Positions 37,277 through 45,539 of a DNA stretch of 64,000 nucleotides are shown here, in pieces (position 1 is the stretch's first letter; each line of letters opens with the position of its first letter). Source of the stretch: Candidatus Nealsonbacteria bacterium. GTDB taxonomy: Bacteria > Patescibacteriota > Minisyncoccia > Minisyncoccales > MHMH01. The stretch lies in the NCBI GenBank assembly GCA_043813805.1, contig JBDRKR010000010.1:16696-80695 (forward strand), given 5' to 3'. The notes beneath the pieces were generated by a model that worked only from the letters and a program-made list of their open reading frames with translations, did not search any database and was not told the DNA's origin. The position numbers and the translations under genes are program-made.

Positions 37277-38278
37277 ATGAAATTAAAAGATTTGTCAAAA
37301 GGTAAAATAGTGATTTACAAAACCCCAAAGGGGCCGGAGCTTGAAGTGCGACTTAAAGAGGAAACAGTTTGGCTTACGCAAAAAGAGATTGCCAAGCTTT
37401 TTAGAAAGGGTGTGCCCGCTATAAATGAGCACGTCAAGAATATTTATAAAGAAGGTGAGTTAGATCAAAAATCAACTATTCGGAAATTCCGAATAGTTCA
37501 AACTGAGGGGAAGCGTCAGATTGAGCGTGAAATAGATTTATATAATCTTGATATGATTCTTTCCGTTGGCTATAGAGTTAGTTCCAAGCGTGCCACTCAG
37601 TTTCGTATTTGGGCGACAAAAACACTAAAAAATTATTTGCTCAATGGTTACGCCATTAATCAGAAAATGTTATTAGACGCAAGAGAGAAATTCGCCGGCT
37701 TACAAAGAACCATTTCTTTTTTACAACAGAAGTCAAAAAATGATTTATTGACCGGTAAAGAGCAAGAAATTATCGATCTTCTTTCCGGTTATTCAAAAAC
37801 CCTCACACTTCTCGAGCAATACGATACCAATACTTTAAAAATTGTAACCGGCAGAAAAGCGGTATTCGCACTGGAGTACAACGATGTCCAAAAAATCATA
37901 GAAGGGATTAAAAGAGGGCTTCTGGCCGCCAAGGAGGCCGGTGATTTGTTTGGTCAAGAATATCAGGGCAAGCTGGAAAGTATCGTAAAAAATCTCTATC
38001 AAACATTCGACAAAAAAGAACTTTATGGCAGTATTGAGGATAAGGCCGCTCATCTTTTGTACTTGATTATAAAGGATCATCCATTTGCCGATGGCAATAA
38101 ACGGATAGCTTCTGTTTTGTTTATTCATTTCTTAAAAAAGAATGATTACCTTTATCGAGAAGGCGGAGAAAGGAAAATTAACGACAATGCGTTGGTTGCT
38201 TTGGCGCTTCTCATTGCTGTAAGCAATCCCACAGAGAAAGAAACAATGATTAAGATAATTACTAATCTCTTAAAATAA
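37277..38278 (+). CDS. RhuM-like N-domain + Fic/Doc domain protein
   Basis: ETVWLTQKEIA, YNLDMILSVGYRV..ATQFRIWA; HPFADGNKR. Confidence 0.92.
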   Translation: MKLKDLSKGKIVIYKTPKGPELEVRLKEETVWLTQKEIAKLFRKGVPAINEHVKNIYKEGELDQKSTIRKFRIVQTEGKRQIEREIDLYNLDMILSVGYRVSSKRATQFRIWATKTLKNYLLNGYAINQKMLLDAREKFAGLQRTISFLQQKSKNDLLTGKEQEIIDLLSGYSKTLTLLEQYDTNTLKIVTGRKAVFALEYNDVQKIIEGIKRGLLAAKEAGDLFGQEYQGKLESIVKNLYQTFDKKELYGSIEDKAAHLLYLIIKDHPFADGNKRIASVLFIHFLKKNDYLYREGGERKINDNALVALALLIAVSNPTEKETMIKIITNLLK

Positions 38279-39345
38279 TGCCGTTATCAATCGGAATCGT
38301 GGGGTTGCCTAATGTGGGGAAGTCCACGCTGTTTCAAACCATCACCAAAATCCAGGTAAATATCGCCAATTACCCCTTTTGCACCATTGACCCCAACGTG
38401 GGCGTGGTTGCCGTACCCGATGAAAGGGTGGATAAGCTGGCGGAATTAACTAAGTCCATAAAAAAGATTTATACCACGATTGAGTTTTACGATATCGCGG
38501 GCTTGGTCAAAGGCGCCAATAAAGGCGAAGGATTGGGCAACAAGTTTTTGGCCAACATCAGGGAAACCGATGCGATTGTTTACGTTTTGCGCGCTTTTTT
38601 GGATAAAGAAACCATTAATACGCGCCAAGAAGTTGATCCCATCGCCGAAAAAGAGATTCTGGATACGGAACTGATTTTAAAAGATTCAGAAACCGTGGAA
38701 AAAAGAATGCACGGATTAGCCAGCGATGTCAGGGCGGGGAAAAAGGAATGTGTTAAAGAATACGGAGTGTTGGAAAAGATTAAAGGATTTCTGGACCAGG
38801 GCAAGATTCTGACTGAACAGAGTTTCAGTACGGAAGATCAGAAAATTATTGATCAGTATCAGCTGTTAACGGCCAAGCCCAGATTTTATTTACTCAACGG
38901 CCGCGATGAAGAGGTGCCCAAAAATATCATTGAAACATTTCAAAAAAATAATTGGCAGTTTTTAATCGTTGACGTTTTAACCGAGTTCGGGGCCACCGAT
39001 CTGAACCGCGAAGAAAGAATTGCTTTGGGACTGCCCGAAAACACGGAAATGGGCCTTTTGATTAAGAAAGCCTACGAAATTTTAGGGCTGATCACTTTTT
39101 TGACAACAGGGCCCGATGAAACGCGGGCTTGGACGTTGAAACGCGGCAATACGGCTCCGCAAGCCGGAGGAGCTATTCATACTGATTTTGAATCTCATTT
39201 TATTAAGGCCGACGTCATCAGCTGGCAGACACTTTTGGATGTCGGCGGTTTCGTTAAAGCGAGAGAAAAAGGCCTTATCCGCACCGAAGGCAAAGAGTAC
39301 CTCGTACAGGACGGCGACGTCATCGAAATCAAACATAATGCCTAA
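38278..39345 (+). CDS. ychF: redox-regulated ATPase YchF
   Basis: GIVGLPNVGKST, NYPFCTIDPN, DIAGLV, GEGLGNKFL, EGKEYLVQDGD. Confidence 0.96.
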   Translation: MPLSIGIVGLPNVGKSTLFQTITKIQVNIANYPFCTIDPNVGVVAVPDERVDKLAELTKSIKKIYTTIEFYDIAGLVKGANKGEGLGNKFLANIRETDAIVYVLRAFLDKETINTRQEVDPIAEKEILDTELILKDSETVEKRMHGLASDVRAGKKECVKEYGVLEKIKGFLDQGKILTEQSFSTEDQKIIDQYQLLTAKPRFYLLNGRDEEVPKNIIETFQKNNWQFLIVDVLTEFGATDLNREERIALGLPENTEMGLLIKKAYEILGLITFLTTGPDETRAWTLKRGNTAPQAGGAIHTDFESHFIKADVISWQTLLDVGGFVKAREKGLIRTEGKEYLVQDGDVIEIKHNA

Positions 39346-39484
39346 AAAACTCGCTCCCAAAGGGCGATTTTTTGCGACTTGACAATTTTAATATTAGATG
39401 ATAGTATATTTGAGGTAAAACGCTCATTGAAAATTAGAGCGGAAAGGAAGGAGAAAAAGTGAAAAGGAAAAAGGAGGAACACAA

Positions 39485-39928
39485 ATGAATGGTGGCAAGG
39501 TGGCTAAGTGGTTTCTACTTGGAGTGGCGGCAATTATCGTTCTCGGGGTGGTGGGTTTCGGGATCACCATGATTTTCCGTCCATTTCAGGTGGCGGAGAA
39601 GGTTACAGATCCGGACCGGGCGCTCTACACCTATGAGTGGTTTTTCAACACGAAGGCATCGGTGGATAGCTACGCCGCCCAGGTGAAAGTGGCTTCGGCG
39701 GCGGTTGAAACCTTCAAGCAAGACCATGTCAGTAACCTGGAGAGCTATCAGAACAGTACGGAGTTGTCGAGATTGCGGGCAGTGGAACAAGGGTTGAGGA
39801 ACCAATTAATTACCACGATAAACCAGTACAACGCCAATGCCCAAAATAAGAGTCGAAGCATCTTCAAAGACTGGAATCTGCCGGCTTCGCTCTCGGTAAC
39901 CCAGGACGGCAGAGTGGTAGCTAATTAG
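39485..39928 (+). CDS. membrane-anchored helical hypothetical protein
   Basis: N-terminal TM; YEWF and QYNANA motifs; promoter, boxA-like motif and SD upstream. Confidence 0.7.
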   Translation: MNGGKVAKWFLLGVAAIIVLGVVGFGITMIFRPFQVAEKVTDPDRALYTYEWFFNTKASVDSYAAQVKVASAAVETFKQDHVSNLESYQNSTELSRLRAVEQGLRNQLITTINQYNANAQNKSRSIFKDWNLPASLSVTQDGRVVAN

Positions 39929-39946
39929 TAAAGGGAGGAAAGAAAG

Positions 39947-40429
39947 ATGAAAAAGGTTATTGCGGTTTTAGTGGTCATCCTGCTGGCGGTAGCGGTTCTG
40001 ACGGGTTGTAGTACGATGCAAGAGGAGTGGGCTAATAGTTCTCGGCAAATGAGTAAATATCAAAAAACGCAACCCATACCGGTGTTAGACTTTTCCAATA
40101 CTCGGCAAGCGGTTATCGATCGGATTAATCGGTGGAGCGACCCTAATAAGATCAGTTATGTTTATCTTCTTGGCGACACCGGGGTGGTTATAGCTTTTTA
40201 TACCGCAAAAGGCAGTATAGAGAGTAAAAGAAGCTACCTGTCTCCCGTACAGGGGCAGTATGGCGACTTACCTGATGTCGACGGAACGTACGGAGACAAC
40301 AAGGATGCCATTTTCTTTTTTACTACGGAAGGAGCTTACGTGGAATGGCCCGGATTATATCTGTGGTCGGATCAGCCTCTGAAACTTACCACGCAACCAG
40401 TTTTGGTCTATACTGCACCTTTGAAATGA
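39947..40429 (+). CDS. hypothetical lipoprotein
   Basis: Lipobox VLTG-C; DGTYG..IFFFT motif; GGAGG SD. Confidence 0.72.
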   Translation: MKKVIAVLVVILLAVAVLTGCSTMQEEWANSSRQMSKYQKTQPIPVLDFSNTRQAVIDRINRWSDPNKISYVYLLGDTGVVIAFYTAKGSIESKRSYLSPVQGQYGDLPDVDGTYGDNKDAIFFFTTEGAYVEWPGLYLWSDQPLKLTTQPVLVYTAPLK

Positions 40430-40540
40430 AGTAAAAAAAAGCGGCATTGACTTTGAGTCTTTGCCGCTTTTTGTTTGATGATAATATTATTTAAAAAAAC
40501 AACCCCGCCCTCACGTGAGGGCGGGGTTTCATTCTAAAGA

Positions 40541-40729
40541 TTAGCGTCCAAATCTTTGGGTGCGTCTCTTGGAATGACAATCGCGGCAATAGATCGGTCT
40601 GTCTCCAGAAGGCTGAAAGGGAAGCTCGGTGATCTCTGTTCCGCAATCGGAACATTTCCAGCTTCCTTTTACCATTTCTCTGGGAGCAAAATCTCTAGCC
40701 GGTCGGTCGTCAAATTTCTTGAATTCCAT
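40541..40729 (-). CDS. CxxC-x17-CxxC zinc-ribbon protein
   Basis: CSDCG..ELPFQPSGDRPIYCRDC. Confidence 0.9.
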   Translation of the reverse strand: MEFKKFDDRPARDFAPREMVKGSWKCSDCGTEITELPFQPSGDRPIYCRDCHSKRRTQRFGR

Positions 40730-40744
40730 TGTTTTGCTTAAATT

Positions 40745-40845
40745 AAATAGCGACCTTTTTATGAATCCTAAGTCGCTATACTTAATCTAAGATACTTCGA
40801 CTTATTCATCTACGTGCATTATACTCCCTTTGTACAACATGTCAA
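40745..40845 (-). promoter_or_regulatory. promoter and structured leader with alternative pairings
   Basis: TTGACA-16-TATAAT (40845-40818); segment 40770-40779 is complementary to both 40747-40754 and 40798-40803. Confidence 0.6.
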
Positions 40846-40897
40846 GGGGTGTGGTATGATATAATCAGTCGAAGTTGTTAATATTAATTTTAAACTT

Positions 40898-41296
40898 ATG
40901 AAAGGATTTATTAATAATATCGAAAAATTAACACTGGCAAATAATAATTTTCGCAAGGTGTTGTATACCGCGAAGCACAGTCAGCTTGTTTTAATGAGCT
41001 TGGAGCCCGGCGAAGAAATCGGGGAGGAAATTCATGATACTCTGGATCAGTTTTTCCGATTTGAAAAGGGCAAAGGTAAAGTGGTAATCGAAGGGAAAGA
41101 ATCTGAAATAACCGACGGATCGGCTGTTGTGATTCCGGCGGGGACTAACCACAACATTATTAATACTTCTCAACAGGAAGCGTTGAAACTTTATACGATT
41201 TATTCTCCGCCCAACCACACTGATGGCGTCGAATTTAAAACAAAAGAAGAAGCCGAGGCATCCGACGAACACTTTGACGGAAAGCTCAGCGAATAA
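40898..41296 (+). CDS. cupin domain protein
   Basis: QLVLMSL, GEEIH..DQFF, IPAGTNHNI, YSPPNH. Confidence 0.92.
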   Translation: MKGFINNIEKLTLANNNFRKVLYTAKHSQLVLMSLEPGEEIGEEIHDTLDQFFRFEKGKGKVVIEGKESEITDGSAVVIPAGTNHNIINTSQQEALKLYTIYSPPNHTDGVEFKTKEEAEASDEHFDGKLSE

Positions 41297-41361
41297 ATTA
41301 AGAAAAGAGGGAGTCGATGACTCCCTTTTTTCTTGGGCGATTTGTGATAAGATGATGAAAT

Positions 41362-42198
41362 ATGAATAAGAAAATCATTCTAGCCATATTGGTTATTTTA
41401 ATTTTAGGAGGAGCTGCCGCTTATTTTAAGTTTTATTCCAATTCGGTGGCTGACGAGATATCGCCTTCGGGCTTGGTTATAGTTACGAGTCCTCGGGCCA
41501 ATCAAACCGTCCAAAGTCCGCTGATTGTTAAGGGAGAGGCTAAGGGTTTTTGGTTTTTTGAAGCAAGCTTCCCGATTAAGATTTTAGATGAAAACGGCAA
41601 TGTTTTGGGCCAGGGGATCGCCCAGGCCAAATCCGATTGGATGACCGAAGAATTCGTGCCCTTTGAAGCTACGCTTGATTTTGAAGCTCCGGTCACCGAA
41701 AAAGGATTTTTGGTTTTAAAAAAAGATAATCCTTCGGGGCTTCCCGAAAACGATGCAGAGTTTCGGATTCCGGTCGTTTTAGAAAAAACTCAAGCTAAAC
41801 AAACAATTGATCTTTATTATTACAATCCCGAGTTGGATAAAGATGAATCGGGTAATATTATGTGCAGCAAGCAGGGGCTTGTTCAAATCCAAAGAAAAAT
41901 TCCCGTTACCCAAACGCCGATTCAGGATACGATAAAACTTTTAATAAAAGGCGAATTAATCGGCGAAGAAAGGGAGCGGGGCATCAGTACTGAATATCCT
42001 TTGCCGGGATTTTCTTTAGAAAGCGTTCCCTCATTTAAAGACGGTGTTTTAACGCTTCAATTTAATGACCCCGACAATAAAACAGGTGGAGGAGCCTGCA
42101 GAGTAGGCATCTTATGGTTTCAGATTGAAGACACGGCCAAGCAGTTCGCCGGGGTCACTCAAGTACGTTTCTTACCCGAGGATCTTTTCCAGCCTTAA
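41362..42198 (+). CDS. Gmad2 Ig-like + GerMN domain membrane protein
   Basis: GEAKGFWFFEASFP, DWMT, KDNPSGLPE; GGACRV..QIEDTAKQF. Confidence 0.82.
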   Translation: MNKKIILAILVILILGGAAAYFKFYSNSVADEISPSGLVIVTSPRANQTVQSPLIVKGEAKGFWFFEASFPIKILDENGNVLGQGIAQAKSDWMTEEFVPFEATLDFEAPVTEKGFLVLKKDNPSGLPENDAEFRIPVVLEKTQAKQTIDLYYYNPELDKDESGNIMCSKQGLVQIQRKIPVTQTPIQDTIKLLIKGELIGEERERGISTEYPLPGFSLESVPSFKDGVLTLQFNDPDNKTGGGACRVGILWFQIEDTAKQFAGVTQVRFLPEDLFQP

Positions 42199-42206
42199 GT
42201 ATTACA

Positions 42207-43463
42207 ATGTTTAAAAATAACCAAACAATTTTTGATGTGGCGGTAATCGGCGCGGGCCCGGCGGGCCTGATGACTGCAGGCAGGGCGGCGGAACTTGGGA
42301 AGAAAGTGGTGCTTTTGGAAAAGAATAAAAAGCCGGGAAGGAAACTCGTGCTCACGGGTAAAGGCCGGTGCAACATCACCAATGCCGAATTCGATTTAAA
42401 AAAATTGGTGGAAAACTACGGCAAAAAGGGCCAATTTCTTTTCCACGCTTTTCATGTTTTCGGCCCCCAAAAAGCCATTGAGTTTTTCGAGAAGTGGGGC
42501 TTAAAAACAAAAATAGAAAGAGGCAAGCGGGTTTTTCCGGTAAGCGATGATGCCCAAGATGTTCTGAATGTTTTTATCAAGTATTTGCTGAAGGGCAAGG
42601 TAAGCTTCGTTTACGGCACTCCTGTCATCGATATCGAAAGAAAAAAACATCACATCAATAAACTGATTTTAAAGGAGGGCGAAATTATCGCCAGGAACTA
42701 TATTATCTGCACCGGCGGCAAGTCTTATCCGGCCACTGGGTCTACCGGCGACGGCTATGAATGGGTAAAAAAGGTGGGCCATAGCATCGAAGGCTTGATG
42801 CCGGCTTTGGCGCCTCTAAAAATAAGAGAGAAATGGGTCGGGGGTCTTCAGGGTTTGAGTTTAAAAAACGTGGAAGTGACGATTCTCCAAGAAAATAAGA
42901 AAGAATTCAGCGTTTTCGGCGAGTGTTTGTTCACGCATTTTGGGTTGTCCGGGCCGATTATTTTAGACGCAAGCCTGAAAGTCGGAGAACTTTTGCACGC
43001 CAAGGGCGGTGGAGCCGTCGAAATATCGCTTGATCTGAAGCCGGCTTTGGATTTTGAAACGCTGGACGCCCGGCTTCAGCGAGATTTACAAAAATACCAC
43101 AATAAACTTTTTCAGAATTGTTTGGACGATCTTCTGCCTCAAAAGATGATTCCGGTCATTATTAAGTTTTCCGGCATCGATCCCTTAAAAAAAGCGACTT
43201 ATGTCACCAGGGAAGAAAGGCATATTCTTGTCCGGCTTTTGAAGAATCTTAAAATGACGGTAGCCGGGCTTTCGGATTTTGAGTCGGCGATCGTAACGGC
43301 CGGCGGAGTTTCTTTGAAAGAAATCGACGACAAGACGATGAAATCACGGATTGTCGATAATTTATTCTTTGCCGGAGAAATTATTGACGTAACCGGGCCA
43401 AGCGGCGGGTTTAATCTGCAGATATGCTGGAGTACCGGGTATCTAGCTGGGGAAAACGCCTAA
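42207..43463 (+). CDS. HI0933/BaiN family flavoprotein
   Basis: GAGPAG, GRKLVLTGKGRCNITN, GGKSYPATGSTGDGY, LFTHFGLSGP, GGFNLQ. Confidence 0.94.
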   Translation: MFKNNQTIFDVAVIGAGPAGLMTAGRAAELGKKVVLLEKNKKPGRKLVLTGKGRCNITNAEFDLKKLVENYGKKGQFLFHAFHVFGPQKAIEFFEKWGLKTKIERGKRVFPVSDDAQDVLNVFIKYLLKGKVSFVYGTPVIDIERKKHHINKLILKEGEIIARNYIICTGGKSYPATGSTGDGYEWVKKVGHSIEGLMPALAPLKIREKWVGGLQGLSLKNVEVTILQENKKEFSVFGECLFTHFGLSGPIILDASLKVGELLHAKGGGAVEISLDLKPALDFETLDARLQRDLQKYHNKLFQNCLDDLLPQKMIPVIIKFSGIDPLKKATYVTREERHILVRLLKNLKMTVAGLSDFESAIVTAGGVSLKEIDDKTMKSRIVDNLFFAGEIIDVTGPSGGFNLQICWSTGYLAGENA

Positions 43464-43472
43464 TCTAATTGT

Positions 43473-43515
43473 TGGATTTACGAAATCCAACATATATGAT
43501 GGGATTTCGTAAATC
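43473..43515. repeat. doublet of GGATTTACGAAATCC palindromes (copy 2)
   Basis: Reverse complement of 32123-32166. Confidence 0.88.
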
Positions 43516-43528
43516 CCCAAAAAATGGC

Positions 43529-43556
43529 TTGACAGGGGTGCTTGGTGCGGTAAAAT
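43529..43556 (+). promoter_or_regulatory. sigma70 promoter upstream of the candidate sRNA
   Basis: TTGACA-16-TAAAAT. Confidence 0.7.
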
Positions 43557-43560
43557 ATAA

Positions 43561-43640
43561 GTGTCATCGATGTCTTCGGATGTCTTTGACAAGAAGGGGA
43601 TCCTTTTGCTTCGGCAATTGTGGTCCTCCTTTCTTTTTTA
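43561..43640 (+). ncRNA. candidate ~80 nt sRNA with two cUUCGg-capped hairpins
   Basis: ugUCA..gauguc-UUCG-gauguc..ugaca; uugc-UUCG-gcaa within a terminator-like stem + U tract; no ORF. Confidence 0.6.
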
Positions 43641-43655
43641 TCTGAACTATATAAG

Positions 43656-43678
43656 TGAAAGAGGTTTAGCCTCTTTCA
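43656..43678. repeat. REP-like family 1 (copy 6)
   Basis: tgaaagagg-tttag-cctctttca. Confidence 0.9.
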
Positions 43679-43776
43679 TCTTTTGAGCAATTCAGGATCG
43701 GACAATTTTATTTTAGGAGTAATTAGAGTATAATAAAATCAATCGGAATTAAAACGATTTTAATAAGATAAAATAT

Positions 43777-44538
43777 ATGGCTAATTTAAAAAACAAAGTA
43801 GCGGTTGTTACCGGGGCAAGAAGAGGAATGGGTCGGGCTCATGCTTTGGCATTGGCGAAAGCCGGAGCTAAAGTCGTGGTAGCCGATATTGCCTTAGAAG
43901 AATGCGAAAAAGTCGTTCAAGAAATTAAAAAAATCAAGGGCGAGGCGATTGCTATAAAATGCAACGTTACTAAAAAAGCAGAAGTGGATGCGATGATTCA
44001 AGCGGCCGTAAAAACATGGGGTAAGTTAGATATTTTGGTTAATAACGCCGGTATCGCCGAGTTTGCACCCTTCTTGCAAATGACCGAAGCGGAGTGGGAT
44101 AAAACCATTAATATTAACTTGAAAGGATATTTTCTTTGCGCTCAAACAGCGGCCAAAGAAATGGTAAAACAAAAGTCGGGAGCAATCGTTAACATCGCTT
44201 CGGTCGCAATGGGACAAATCGGAGTCGGATTTCCCAATCTTGCCCATTATTGCGCCTCCAAGGGCGGCATCGTGGGCATGAGTGAAGCGATGGCTATTGA
44301 ACTCGCTCCTTATAATATCCGAGTTAATGTCGTTTCTCCGGGAGCTATTGATACTCCTATGATTGATCCGATTAAGCAAGATAAAGCCTCGATGGAAGGT
44401 ATTTTGGGCCGAGTGCCTCTTCGTCGCGTAGGTAAACCCGAAGAGGTGGCGAATGCCGTTTTATTTTTAGCTTCAGATGACTCTTCGTATATAACAGGTT
44501 CTGTTGTGGTGGTTGACGGCGGTTGGTTAGCCGCTTAA
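43777..44538 (+). CDS. short-chain dehydrogenase/reductase (FabG-like)
   Basis: TGARRGMG, NNAG, YCASKGG, PGAIDT, VDGG. Confidence 0.93.
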   Translation: MANLKNKVAVVTGARRGMGRAHALALAKAGAKVVVADIALEECEKVVQEIKKIKGEAIAIKCNVTKKAEVDAMIQAAVKTWGKLDILVNNAGIAEFAPFLQMTEAEWDKTININLKGYFLCAQTAAKEMVKQKSGAIVNIASVAMGQIGVGFPNLAHYCASKGGIVGMSEAMAIELAPYNIRVNVVSPGAIDTPMIDPIKQDKASMEGILGRVPLRRVGKPEEVANAVLFLASDDSSYITGSVVVVDGGWLAA

Positions 44539-44540
44539 AT

Positions 44541-45539
44541 ATGGCACAGGATATTATTGCCAAACTTAAAGAAAGCAAACTTTTGGGCCGGAGCGGGTCG
44601 GGTTTTCCGACAGGCTTCAAATGGGAGATGGTGAAAAATGAAAAGGCCGTCAAGAAATATATTGTTTGCAACGCCGCTTCGGGCGAGCCGAAAGTGATGA
44701 AAGACGAATATCTTTTAGAAAACCATGCCCAAGAAGTTGTCGAAGGCATAAAAATAGCGCTGGAAACATTTGAAAACAGCGAGGCTTTCATTTATCTGAG
44801 GAAAGATTTTTACGCTAAATTTAAAGACAACTTAACCGAGTTAACCAAAGGGCTGCCTATTACTCTTATAAAAAAGCAGGGGGGCTACTTGGCCGGCGAG
44901 GAAACGTGCCTGTGCGAAGCCATTGAAGAGAAAACTCCCGAGCCCAGGATTAAGCCGCCTTTCCCGACACAGGCCGGACTTTTCGGCCGTCCCACCTTGA
45001 TTAATAATGCGGAGACTTTCTATCACATTTCGCAAATCGCTCAAAATAAATACAAAAATACGCGTTTTTATACCATTGGCGGCCAGGTAAAGAAGAAAGG
45101 AGTTTTTGAAATGCCCGCGGATTGGCCGATTGAAAGAGTTTTGAAAGAAACCGGCAATTGGCCCAAGTTCGATTTCTTCGCCCAGGTGGGCGGAGGAGCG
45201 AGCGGCGAGATTCTTCTGCCTGATGAATTACAAAAGCCGGCCGGAGGGACGGGGGCGATTATTATATATGAAAAGAAGAAAACGCAGTGCTTAAAACTTA
45301 TGAAAGAATGGGCCCAGTTTTTTCTTGAACAGAACTGCGACAAGTGCACGCCGTGCCGCGAAGGAGTTTTCAGGATAAACGAGATGCTAGGTAAGGGAAA
45401 AATTGACGAAAAAACCCTGCAAGATATCGTTAATAATTTAAAAGAAGCGAGTTTTTGCGGATTAGGAAAAATCGCAGGCATTCCTTTTTCCAGATTCGCA
45501 AATAAAATATGCAAATCACTTTTAACGGAAAAAAAATAG
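44541..45539 (+). CDS. NuoF/HydB-like flavin-Fe-S diaphorase subunit (short, divergent)
   Basis: GRSGSGFPTGFKW, GEET, PPFP..GLFGRPTLINNAET, CDKCTPCREG...C. Confidence 0.85.
   Translation: MAQDIIAKLKESKLLGRSGSGFPTGFKWEMVKNEKAVKKYIVCNAASGEPKVMKDEYLLENHAQEVVEGIKIALETFENSEAFIYLRKDFYAKFKDNLTELTKGLPITLIKKQGGYLAGEETCLCEAIEEKTPEPRIKPPFPTQAGLFGRPTLINNAETFYHISQIAQNKYKNTRFYTIGGQVKKKGVFEMPADWPIERVLKETGNWPKFDFFAQVGGGASGEILLPDELQKPAGGTGAIIIYEKKKTQCLKLMKEWAQFFLEQNCDKCTPCREGVFRINEMLGKGKIDEKTLQDIVNNLKEASFCGLGKIAGIPFSRFANKICKSLLTEKK

Noticed and set aside
3104-43678. CRISPR array
   Set aside because: The palindromic repeats are dispersed singly, not regularly spaced with unique spacers, and there are no cas genes.
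44541-45539. Respiratory complex I
   Set aside because: Only a NuoF-like gene is present and it overlaps the hydrogenase; there are no membrane nuo genes.
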